A program made the position numbers and the translations under genes. Shown in pieces: positions 25,050-36,790 of a DNA stretch of 64,000 nt. The notes under the pieces were generated by a model. It was not told where the DNA came from and did not search any database. It saw only the letters and a program-made list of their open reading frames with translations. The stretch is from Octopus bimaculoides. Its lineage: Eukaryota. Location: positions 61,129,445-61,193,444 of the forward strand of contig NC_068984.1 of assembly GCF_001194135.2 (NCBI RefSeq). The letters run 5' to 3'. The stretch's first letter is position 1. Each line of letters begins with the position of its first letter.

Positions 25050-26430
25050 TAATTGTTATTATTTTGTATGTGTATTTCGTGTGCAAGATTCTTGATGTGG
25101 ATACGTGTGTTGAAAGAAATACAATTAAACCTTGGGAGAGGCATTATGCCAGTAATAAACACACGCACTGGTTCAGTCCTTTATTAATTTATATAGTTTT
25201 TTCGTTAAATTATTCCATTGCACTCTTGCAATCTCTTCAGTAACTTGTCTCTCCATTTCCATTTATTTTGAATGTATGATCTGGCGTTGTTTTGGCGTTG
25301 TTTCGAAACTGTTCGGTATGAGCATGTGAGTGTGTGCAAGCTCGTATGTGTGCACGCTCATATGTGTGCACGCACTTATGGGTTCGTGTTTATATGTAAG
25401 TATGTGCGTCCATATGTATGTTTGTAACAATTTCATTTATATCAGAACAGATAGAGACTTTTTTTTTAAATTTAAATTTATTTATTTACGTTCATATTCC
25501 GCATCATATGTGTGAACAACACTTGCAACCATGGGCAATTGTAAGGCCCTCATCTACGTGTATTTGGTGTTCAAAATTGGTTGCGTTTCAGTTATGAGGA
25601 CCGACTCCTTTATTTTCCGCAACGATGCGTCACCGGGGTGTCTAGACAGGATTTCTATGCTAATTCTGTCCAGTACACCACCATGTTGTTCTTTGGCATG
25701 CTGGTAGAGCACCGAGGTTTGTTTTTGATTATTATAGTCCCTCCAATGTTCGTTTACACGCTCAGCCAAACTTCTTGCCGTTTCACCTAGGTATGTCGTG
25801 TTTCTGTTTTTACACTCACCATCCATACAGCTTATTTTGTAGACCACATTTCTGGCTTTGCAGTTGGCACCAGGACTATATTTGCACACAATGCAACTCT
25901 CCTCAACACACCTTGTTCGTCTGAAGGGATATGTTTTACATATTATTGATCTAATGGATCTCCCTGGTTTTTCTATAACATTTATCCTCAACTTGGTACT
26001 TTTGAGGGTTTTTCAAAATCTGCGGGCCAGTTCTCCGTGTGGCGTGGCGTCCACAAACATTACTCCCTGGAACTTGTCGGTATTGTACCACGTGCGCTTT
26101 CTGTTTGTTTTGTCACTAATCCTTTGCAGTCTATTCCACTGTTTGTTACGGTATCTAGGTTGTGTTCCATCTGTATCTTTGACAACAATCTCCTCAAATT
26201 TCTTGTTAGCTCCTCTGTATACTCGGATTCTATCTTTCTGGCTGTATCCCGAAAACTGCATGCGATGCATGAAGTCTTGAATATGTCTTTGCCCCTCCCA
26301 TGGACTGCACAAGGGGGATATGTTTTCCATTATTCTAACTAAATCGGCTATTAATATATTGATCTTCACACTGCGTGATAGAGCCGAATTCTTATGGATA
26401 ACATACTTTGAAGATATAGGTTTCATGAAA
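25050..26430 (-). mobile_element. Well-preserved 5'-truncated Penelope-like element
   Basis: ORFs 26013-26441 and 25554-25991 are one frame split by a single TGA at 26013-26015; Cys-rich linker, NVVYKISC..TYLGETARSLAERVNEH, ESVLI..QPILN; HHR-like motif in the 3' UTR. Confidence 0.9.
25204..25244 (-). ncRNA. Degenerate minimal type I hammerhead ribozyme motif
   Basis: GUUA-CUGAAGA-G-AUUGCA(AGAG)UGCAAU-G-GAAUAAUU-UAAC: 4-bp stem I, core and 6-bp stem II present; GAAA/stem III mutated. Confidence 0.55.
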
Positions 26431-26944
26431 TAATTTAACAAAAAACTATATAAATTAATAAAGGACTGAATCAGTGCGTGTGTTAATTACTGGCATAATG
26501 CCTCTCCCAAGGTTTAATTGTAATTGTTATTATTGTTATAGTGTTATTGTTATTGATATTGTTATTGTTATAGTATTATTATTACCATTCAGAGAATGTT
26601 ATACTCGGTTATTTCGGCTTCAGCACTTGTGTGGTACTTATTTTAATCCAGCCAGAATGCATAAGCATAAAATCCAACTAAATACAGAGCGTCACATTAT
26701 CCAGCGCTATCAATCATAATATGGATTTGTGAATTAGATACTAGCTCACATATATTTTGAAAACAGAATAGCCGAGTATATTGATCCTTTGTTTGGCTGT
26801 TGATTTGAAATTATAATAAACTTTTAACAGTGGACATAATATTTTATATCATTATACAAAGTGATACTTATAGTAATAATATTATTGATGCAATTCTACA
26901 GATATTTAGTAGTATATGATACTTCAAAAGTTATAAAAACAAGT

Positions 26945-27362
26945 CGGGAAAGAAAATTATCAAGATAGGCGCAAGGCCATGATTTTGATAGGAGGGTATA
27001 ATAGATAAAATTTAACCCATGTCCTTGAATGGCATTTTATTTCATTGACCCTCCAAAGAAGTCAGCTCTGATGGGATTCTGACAAAAAATAAAAACCAAA
27101 CACGATGATAGAATGTTAATAAATATGGTCTTTATAGCAGATATACTACTGCTTCAGAATAATAATTGTTTGTAATTTAAGCACAAAGCCAGCTATTTTC
27201 ACAGGAGAAGCAGTCAGTTATATTCACTTCAGAAGTTATGTTGGTCCTTGTTTTATCGAACCTGGAAGAATGAAAGGCAAAGCTGGCCTCAGCGTGATTG
27301 AAGCTCAAACTCGTAAACAACCCAAGGGAATTTTCTCTGATGCTGTAACGATTCTTCTATGG
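26945..27362 (-). mobile_element. Two old family A SINE remnants
   Basis: GGCACAA/GCGCAAGGCC tails and GAATGAAAGGCAAAG body, heavily diverged. Confidence 0.5.
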
Positions 27363-27844
27363 AAGTTAAGGGAAATGAAAACTTTGAAAACCAGATAATA
27401 CCCTACGTCCTTCCGAGTTCAACATTGCAAAAGTGTAACAGATGAGACATCAAAAAGATAACTATTACATGCAGTAGACATTCCTTAAATGATACCCGGG
27501 GAAAGAAACATTGGGCAATTGAGTCCTAGACAGAACACTGTCTGAATGAAGAGACTAGAATACTTTCGATCGTAAGTCTATTAAGTGAGGCTAGTATGAG
27601 GTTAAAGAGCAACAAAAAGATGAAACCAGGCACATTTTATAGAAATCGAAACTATGAGAGTGAATCTTAATTAGATATCACAGCCTTGTTAGCAGTACTT
27701 GTTATCTACTATAATAATACTCATGTGTTTTTCTCCGTCACAACATATGAATGAGAAAGGCAGGGGTGATGGTAAACTGGTAGTGGGAGCTTTTCAACTC
27801 TGTGTGAGTATATGTGTGTGTATGTAAAAGGGAGGTATATGAAT

Positions 27845-27853
27845 GTTTGTGTG

Positions 27854-27899
<46 letters not shown>

Positions 27900-28047
27900 A
27901 CACCTCAGCAACACAGCGGTGTAGCAAGTGATGCAGCAGAAATTTGCCTGAGCCTATCAACTGTTGATTACTACTACTACTGCTGCTGCCACCACTACCA
28001 TCACTGTCACCAGCACCATTACTACAAAGCAGCAACTACTACTACTT

Positions 28048-28106
<59 letters not shown>

Positions 28107-28140
28107 GTTGCTGGTGCTGCTGCTCATAACAACAACTAAC
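27845..28140. repeat. (TG)n and (CTA)n/(CAC)n microsatellites
   Basis: Directly visible. Confidence 0.9.
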
Positions 28141-28460
28141 AATAACAACGGCAAGGTATGCGATAAAAAAGTCGATATAAATGAGAGATTAGCTTGGGAG
28201 GTACAGAGTTTGTCGTCGCTGGAAAAAAAAAGGCTAGTTGCAATCCCTATACATCTCGGAATATTAGGGACAGCATAGAAAAGATCTTGAGAAGACATTG
28301 AACAAATAGAGGTTGCAATATAAGTAGCGCACTTGTAGAAAACAGCACTGCTTGGAACAACCCGATTACTCCAGAAGGTGCTTGAAAAATAAGGGCTGTT
28401 ACGTTAGTTCGCTGGTAGTGAACAGCGTAATACATCTCCAGCTGTTAGAAGCTGAGTTAT
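28140..28460 (+). mobile_element. R4/Dong-type extreme 3' fragment
   Basis: KVCDKKVDINERLAWEVQSL..LGILG; KTALLGTTRLLQKVLEK*; homologous to 51345-51580. Confidence 0.8.
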
Positions 28461-28559
28461 AGGAACTAAAACACGTTCCAAGTTATTTTGTGGGGTATCT
28501 GACCCATAGCGTACATGTTATTGAGTTATTTTCCTAGTAGGAACAACAACAACAATAAT

Positions 28560-28803
28560 GATAATCATTTCTACTAAAGGCACAAAGCCTGAATGTTTTT
28601 TTTAGCGGGGCGGTTGTGGTGGAGGGTTGAGGGTAGTCGATTATATCGCCCCCGATGTTTCACTGGTACTTAATTTATCGACCCCGAAAGGATGAAATGC
28701 AAAGTTGACCACGGCGTAATTTGAACCCAGAACGTGCAGACAAACGAAATGCCGCTAAGCATTTTTCCCGGCGTGCTAACGATTCTGTCAGCTCGCTGCC
28801 TTA
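28560..28803 (-). mobile_element. Family A tRNA-SINE, near full length
   Basis: Reverse complement starts AAGGCAGCGAGCTGACAGAATCGTTAGCACGCCGGG and ends GCCTTTAGTAGAAATGATTAT. Confidence 0.85.
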
Positions 28804-28974
28804 ATAATAGTAATGATAGAGATAATAATAATGATAGAACATCGGGAAACGCGTAACATGGGAACAGACATGACAGGAACAAGAATCCCATTAACACTTA
28901 TTAAAACACAAATCAGATCGAAAAATTGTGATAATTTTCAAGTGTCAATATATTAAGCATCATGTCATTATCAT

Positions 28975-29170
28975 GTGCTCTCCTTGCTTGGACTTTTTTT
29001 CAACCCTCGCACGACATATATCTGGGTCATCGGGAACGCATCCATTGTCTCTGGTGTGCTGATCTACATATGTTGTGTTCAGACGAACTGCTGGAAAACG
29101 GTCGTGCTTTGGCATCCATAGGTGTAAGTCACTTGTCAGCTCTTGTTTAGCTGGCCTGCAATGTTCCAAT
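28975..29170 (-). mobile_element. RTE-clade LINE 3' end fragment
   Basis: HCRPAKQELTSDLHLWMPKH..TTYVDQ..DNGCVPDD resembles the RTE ORF C-terminus. Confidence 0.7.
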
Positions 29171-32018
29171 ATCCCTAGTAAAACTAAACTAAGATACCAA
29201 TAATATTTGCAAACTACATCGATACTGTTACAACTTATAATTAATGCATTGCAAATGTTCACACTATATAGCTGTGTGACACTACGTGTAAAGGAACAGG
29301 GCGGACGGATTACTTTCCCCTGCTCAAAATAAAATCCAGTACAATTATAAAACGCATTTAGAATAAGTTTAAAGGTGGCGTGTATATTTTGAATCTAATG
29401 TATAACAAATACAATAAATGAAATATTTAAAATCAACATTAGGAACAAATAACTGGTGCAAAATGGAAAGCTGACATTCTAAACGAAGTTCCCTCAAGTT
29501 TCATAAAAACATCAACAGAGACATAGACGCCGGAGCAACAACTTTCTATTCTATATGCATGTTTTCCAAAATCATTTTGTACCCAATACAAAACGAAACA
29601 ATATTCTTATACATAATTTGGAAGAAAACATACAACTCGGGATCTGAATATAATGTTCAACAACAGCAGACTTGGTAGAGTAAGAGGATATACTTTTAAA
29701 GTGCAAACAGAAGAAATCAAAACAAAACATAAAAAAGCGCAAGTCATTGACACAAATCACACATAAAAAATAAGTCCGTTAAGAACGTATATTATGCAAT
29801 TAGATCCTACACGGGAAGAGAAGAAACAAAATACTATAAAATTAAAACTTAGTGCACTAAGATTACTGATCTACAAAAAACATCAAAGCTGAAAACACAC
29901 AAAAATACAATAAAAAGGGATATTGTAAAGGCGCAAACATGAACGTGCTTCAACAAAGGTGAATATAATTAACAACTCAGATACAATAGAGAGTCAATCT
30001 GTTTTGTATATGATAGTGACAGTCAAGGACAATGCTAAATCTTTGATAAGATATATAAAATACATAAAAAAGAAAACAACGGACTAGTCAACGTTTTGAT
30101 AATAAGTCTTCTCAATCAGAGCTTACCTGAGGCTAAAACATCAATACTAATAACATAAAACCTAGCTTACCAACGAACGTAATGGCAAAAGCAATCCAAT
30201 TTGTTCCAGAATTATATGTATTCAGAGAATCTTTAATCTTATGCCGACAAATCACATAGAACGTAGAAAAAATAGCAAGGAACATTTTGAAAAGAACAAC
30301 TAAGTTTCATTGTTGTCATGAAAAGGAAGAAAAATCAAATAGTGTGATGTAAAAGAAATGGTTAAGACTCCTTAAGTACTAACGTACTGAACATATTGTA
30401 AAGGGAACAAGCAGTTCTTAATACAGGAAACATATTGCAATAATTTCTAGAAGTTCAGCATATTTTTACTTCATGTGTATGTGGGAAATTTCACCGCTGT
30501 TACCAATTTAAGCCATTAATTGCAGCTTGTAGTTATGTATGTGGCAAATGAAATGAAATAGTGCGGCAAAATTGTCTTGTTATGGGCTTACTATACCCCT
30601 TCGATACTCTTACAACCAAAGAAAAAGCCAACATTCGGAGACACGGGAACGATTATGTATTTAAATAATTTAGTAAACATCTCCAAATTCATGCAGAGAA
30701 AAGCACGAAAATGGATAAAATATGTAATCCAAAATAGGCATACAACAAACCTACAGAACATGTTTAATATATAAGCATATACAAAAATACGAGTAATTTT
30801 TGAAAGTTTAGTTTCAAATAAGACTATTATCAACAACATCTCATTGATCTTCCAGTAGATTTCAAACCACTAGGATCTAAAAATGAAAAGTAACTCCGGG
30901 GATTCTTTTCTGACACTCTCGAACAGTATGAGGTCGCATCCGAACGACACAAGCATTGAGCTGCATGACTTTATTCCCTAACAGATCTTCATCGAAATCT
31001 CTCTATAAACCACAATTAAATACACAAGATATTAGGAAATATTTCAAAGACAGCGAGTAGTATAAAAGTGAGATCAGTAATCCACCACTTAACGTAGATA
31101 CAGTCGTGGTACTAAAAAAGACATTTGACACATCCTTGAGATCGCAAATAAATTCACACGTATAGAAAAAAACTGTTTGAAAGAAAAGTAAGAGACATAT
31201 AGTAAGAGAGTGATAAATGATTAGAAAAATGAAAACAAAATTCAAACATTTGAATGAGAAAACAAATATTAGAAGAAATGCAATCTCAAGGAGAGCCAAA
31301 AATTATGAAAAAAAGCACAGAGATTAAGTAAAATACTTTAACAAAGCAACAAAGTGAAATGATGAAAGAATGTGAATATGTCTGAATGCAAGAAATTTTT
31401 GAAAGAAATCCAATCCAACAGCAGTAACATAAACAATCTAGAAATTGTCGAATATTATACACACTCACACACACACACACACATATATATGCATTTATGT
31501 ATGTATGTGTGTGCATATCTATTGTGTACAGGGAAGTGATAAAACTATAAGAGCATAGACATTAGCAGACACATTCAAACACACACCACATATTCATAAT
31601 TATCCGAGATCACTTATTCTCTGACACGTAATCAGAAATTACCAGTTACCATGTCTATTTGAAGTGCGTCACTGTACATGTATTGGTTAACAGATGACTG
31701 TGCTGTTGTGTCTCATACGAAAGAATTTATGAAGAAGCATTGTTTCTGCTTAGATCAAGCTGGATGGTAATGTAAGTAAACAAGTCATAAAGAAGGAAAC
31801 ATGAAAAACAGGTGCACTCTCTCGACCGGTGCCAATCAAAGCATTTCATACACACATACATAAGCATGGAAACACAAATAAAAATAGACTTAATCTATTG
31901 AATACACACATCACTGCCTAGTCTGTCTCTCCGTCTCTGTATACATGTACGTGTGTTTATTTAATTATCAATCGGTCTGTCTGTATTTTTGGGGGGGGTG
32001 TGTGTGTGTGTGTGTGTG

Positions 32019-32071
<53 letters not shown>

Positions 32072-32974
32072 GTTTCATTCTGTGGCATGAGAATATAGAA
32101 AGACTTAAAGAATTTCAAGCACTTATAAATGGACTGACGTAAACGTTCAATTCACGATGGAATATAGCCACCAACAACTTAGCTTCCTCGACATCCTTAT
32201 TAAGAAATCTAACAACGTAATAGAAACAGACATATACTATAAACCCACGGACTCAAAGCAATATCTACCGTTCAACTCATGCCACCCCAGACACACCAGA
32301 ATGAACATCCCCTTCAACCTAGCAAAAAGGATATGTACTATAATTTCTAATGCAACCACCAGGGACACTCGACTATATGAACTAAAGGATACTCTCACCA
32401 CCAGGAACTACCCATCTACACTAATTGACACATGCTTTAAACGAGCCCTTCAACTCAGCATCCACAAACTCAGACATCCCAAATTAAAGAAGGTCTTACA
32501 ACCAAAAGCCCTACCATACATTTCCACATACAACCCTCTTAACAACGAAACCTTCGACCCCATACTTCAAAACATTCCCCTGCAAAAAAAGGACCACAGA
32601 ATGCACTTAATCCTCCAAACACACACCATTATAAAAAGCAAGAGACAGCCCAAATCTATGAACAGTCTCCTAAAACAAGCCCGAATACCGTCATCAAAAA
32701 CACTGAAGCCGTCAGTAAAAAAAATGCGGTAGACGCAACTGCGGAATCTGCATCAATCTAATTGAGGGATCAGAGTACTCCTTCAGACAGTGACAAAATT
32801 TCAAAGTGAAGAGCAACTTCACATGTACTTCGGAGAACCTGATATACGCATTGACCTGCTCTGGGTATCAAGAGCAGTATATAGGCCAAACGAAAAATAG
32901 CCTGCGTCAACGGATGGCTTTGCACAAATCTCAAATAAAAATTCCCCAAAACAGCATTCAGCCAACACATCGAT

Positions 32975-33701
32975 AGGATCTATTTTAAAACGGGGGCCAC
33001 AGTATTTTCTTAACGAAACACTTTGAAACTTGGAACACTGGTAGAATGTGTCATATAAAACATCTTTTTCTCTTAGTCTTCTTTAAAAAAAAAGAAATCC
33101 CTAAGTTATTCCATGTTAAAGTTGTCGTATTTCTGTAATTTCAACCAATCACTGACGTCCATTCAGCCGATATACATTAAGTGCCGACTACATAAACAAA
33201 CGATTCTGAAACAATTCTATCGGTGATAAAATTATTATTTCCTTGTCAAAAAATGGCTGAAGCATATTGACAGTATCTAATAAACCTTTCTATTATAGGC
33301 TAACCCTAACCCTAACCTTACGGTTAGGGTTAGGGTTAGGGCTAGGGTAAAACAGCAAATTTAAAAAGAAAAAAGCAAATAAAACGAAGAAAAAAAAAGA
33401 AAATGAAAAAAGCAAATTTAAAATGAAAAAAGCAAATAAAAAGAAACTATGGATAATAAATACGCTTTACACCGCTTAATCAGCCAAAGGAGTAAATGTA
33501 AACAACTGAATACTTGTCAGTGATTGGTTGAAATTATCGAAATAAGACAATTTTTTACATGAAATAAATTCGAATACAAAAATATTTTTCTGTTCTATAA
33601 CACAAAATAGATAAGTATACGAAGTTTGAAAGTCTTTTGGTACCAAAAACACTACGTAAAACATTAATGAAAACTGTGGATCCCGTTTTAAAATAGATCC
33701 C
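32975..33701. mobile_element. Non-autonomous DNA transposon, probably PHIS/ISL2EU type
   Basis: TIRs GGATCTATTTTAAAACGGGGGCCACAGT / ACTGTGGATCCCGTTTTAAAATAGATCC (2 mismatches); AT on both sides; exact internal 20-bp IR at 33137-33156/33516-33535. Confidence 0.8.
33300..33347. repeat. Inverted telomeric repeats (CCCTAA)n-TTAC-(TTAGGG)n
   Basis: Perfect 18-bp stem (33300-33317/33322-33339); four GGG tracts. Confidence 0.9.
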
Positions 33702-35879
33702 ATCAATATTCCAATAATAAACATCCTAGTTTCAGAATCTTTCCTCTCTACCAATTTAGAGACGATACATCCTACAGCCAAGGAATGAGTAAAGAATCTC
33801 TCTTCATCACAAAATACAGACCCCCTTCTGAACGCATCTACAACGAATGACATATTCACCACGACCTTAGATTAAAACACACACACACAAATATTAAAAA
33901 TGATAAACCCCAAATAAATAGGCAAGGAATTATAAAAAAAATAAAAGAATATAAAAGAACAACCCCAATCACTACTCACTCGACTAGTTACTATCACTCT
34001 ATCCTGCATTTTATTATTACTATTTCTCTCCTTCTCCCATCCCCCATCTTCTCCGTCATCTTCTTCTTCCTTTCCACCACCTCCTCCCGTACTTTATTAC
34101 TACTACTGCTGTTTAGAATAACACCTACGCAAACATTATAAACAATACAGATCACTACGACCATCAACAGGTCAACGTCAGGACACCCAACCAATTCACA
34201 CTTCTACTATCATAGCACTCCTTCTTCGAACCCACAAGAGTTATCAAGTGAAACAGAGACAGGCAGAAACAAGAAAAATGCCGCTGTTACTTGAATACTA
34301 TACAAATATGTCTTTAAAAAGACTTTTCTTTTAAATTTACCAAAATTTAATTTTTCAATAATTTTTCAAAAATCTATCATTCATATTTACTGTTGAAAAG
34401 ATCTCAAAGATAGAAACCGATTCTGTAATGTTCTTTATAAAATATATTTTAGCATTTTCTACTTTGTCTTTTTTCTATATATAACCACTCATGTGTTCCT
34501 CTTCAACCTTTTACATATATATATATATTCACCTATATACATGCCTACAAAATCACAGGCACGAATGCGTACATATATCGTTACAGCATGAACTTTTTCA
34601 TGATTTTGATGTACTCATATTTCTAGAAGAACGGACCGAAAGTCATGTTCTGGAAATGTTTGTCTTAGAACGTATGTTATTGGTAATACAAATTTAAAAG
34701 CTCAGTGATTGTATCAGCAAAATATGAAAATAAATAACGGGTAACTATTTAAAATATCTCTGGTCAGTTGGTTGAAGAGATCAAGAATTGCTCCTTGCAT
34801 CATGTATGTGTGAGGGTGTTGGGGAAATTTGCATGGAAACAGTCTGAAATTAATTCAGAATTAGCTGTAGAAAAGACTATCTCTTTGCACCTTTTTTACA
34901 TCCTAAATTTCCTACGGTACTTTGCTTTCTTTCTTCCTTCCTTTCTTTCTTTCTTTCTTTCTTTCTTTTTTTCTTTCTTTCTTATTAAATATAATGATTA
35001 GAAATTAATAAGATTTGTTATTTTTCCCCAAGGTACCCATGCGGAATTAAATGCTTTTTGATGTTGAAGGCAAACAAATCAATTACTTATCATAATAAGC
35101 TCCATCACTGAGAGACTTCAACAGTCTTTAAAAGGTAGAAGTCACATGGACTGTCTGCTTCTATAACAGCGAAAATACGTGTAATAAATCTATCGATATA
35201 TTTTTCTCTGTCAGTCTACTTCTTAACTTGCTACTCTCACCGCAGGTTTCCAAATTTATTAGTGCTGTCTTTGATCATCTAATTATTTTCCGTTTCCATC
35301 ATTAACACTTTTATTTCTCGTTTCTCAAAACTTGCCAGGGTTCCAGTCGATTATCCTTTCTCTTTGATTGTTGGCCTATTTTTGCGTTTTCACCTTTTCA
35401 AAAATTCCTCGGTTATACTTTGCTATTTTTCTTACTCTTTCCTGTATTCTTCACAATTATTGCTCTCTATTACATTTCTATAAATGTATATCATATCAAA
35501 TGACAAAACCCTCTTCTGACAAAAGATACTTTCTGTTCTATAATTTAGACATTTTATATTCGAAAACAATTCTTTTCACTTTTGGGCTGCCATTTTTGCA
35601 TCCAATATTTAAGCCAATCCAATGTTTCTAGTATCAAAAATGGTTCTAGTTTCGTCGTTCAAACTCCAGTGCAAAAACAAAAAAATCTATCCCACTTGTT
35701 TTTAATGTAATCCATTTGTTTACAGTATTACTATTAGACAAATTGGTATTTATAAAATTTTGTCACTTTGTTATTGAATTTTAGCAAACATAATGTACAT
35801 GTAACGCCATTGTTACGGTTTCAAGTAGCACATTAAATATCATATTAAATAATCCTTTCTTCTATATGCACAATACTTG

Positions 35880-36290
35880 AAACTTTGGGGTAGGGGACTA
35901 GTTGATTACATCGACCCAAGTGCTCAACTGGTACTTAACTTGAACTCAGAACGTAAAGACAGGCGAAATGCTGCCAATCATTTTGCCCGTTGTGCTAAAG
36001 ATACTGCCAATGCCAAGAATCACACATAATCCAGTTCTCCAAGATCAATATAAATAATCTTATTTTAGCTTACTAGCGCTGTGTAGAGTAGGAAATCAAA
36101 GCAAAATTATTATGAATATAAATGGTATTTTTACGGTAGTGAGGTGGTAGAATTGTTTCTGAGTTCAGATTCCTCCGAGGTTGACTTAAACTTTATCCTT
36201 CTGTGGTCGATAAATCAAGTACCAGTTAAGCACTGGGTCAATATAATCCATTTAGTCCCTCCCCAACATTTGAAACCAATATAAATGTTA
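35880..36290. mobile_element. Two family A SINE fragments (first -, second +)
   Basis: GATTACATCGACCC..TGAACTCAGAACG (-) and CTGAGTTCAGATTCC..GTCGATAAATCAAGTACCAG (+). Confidence 0.65.
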
Positions 36291-36399
36291 TTACAAAAGC
36301 ACGTCAGTAAGTATACACGGGTTTGTGCCTTTCTTTTTATCAAGTACTATATAAATATACACACACAGAGACACATAACTTATATATACGTATATATGT

Positions 36400-36790
36400 A
36401 TACATGGTAAGAAGATTCTTTTCAACCACATGATTCCAGGTCCAGTCCCACTGCACGGCACTTTGGACAAGTATTTTCTGCTACAGCCACGGGTCCACCA
36501 AAGCCTTGTGAGTGTATTTGGTAGAGGAAAACTGAAGGAAACTCGTCGTATACATATATATNNNNNNNNNNNNNNNNNNTATATATATATATATATATAT
36601 ATATCTGTGTTTATGTCTTCCTGTCTGAATTTGGTTTGTCTACCTCGTTGTAACTTAGCGGTTCTGTAAAAAAGAGAGAAGGGCAGAATAAATGGAAGGT
36701 TTAAAATAGTACGGGGATCGATTCTTTCTACTAAAAATTCTTCAAGGCCATTCCTCAGTCGTGGCCTAAAGATTGAAACAAGTAGAAACA
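36400..36790 (+). mobile_element. Full-length diverged family B SINE (tRNA-like head, internal (TA)n, tail)
   Basis: Head matches 41664-41829; tail matches 780-984. Confidence 0.75.

Larger units (their letters stand above)
32070..34430 (+). mobile_element. 5'-truncated Penelope-like element interrupted by a MITE
   Basis: FTMEYS..LSFLDILI..TDIYYKPTDSKQYL.FNSCHP; CGRRNCGIC; NLIYALTC..QYIGQT..LRQRM..H; resumes after 33701 as HIDQY..KESLFITKYRPLLN. Confidence 0.9.

Noticed and set aside
29500-31300. Possible very old PLE (YKPQLNTQ; CTGATTGA..AAAACGTT at 30082-30123 on the minus strand)
   Set aside because: Motifs are too degenerate and out of frame; the hammerhead stems do not pair.
31690-31780. 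TDDCAVVSHT resembling the RTE RT motif ADDCAL.AH
   Set aside because: Isolated short match with no flanking RT motifs.
33300-33347. Ancestral telomere-telomere fusion site
   Set aside because: The orientation is CCCTAA then TTAGGG, opposite to a fusion, and it lies inside a MITE.
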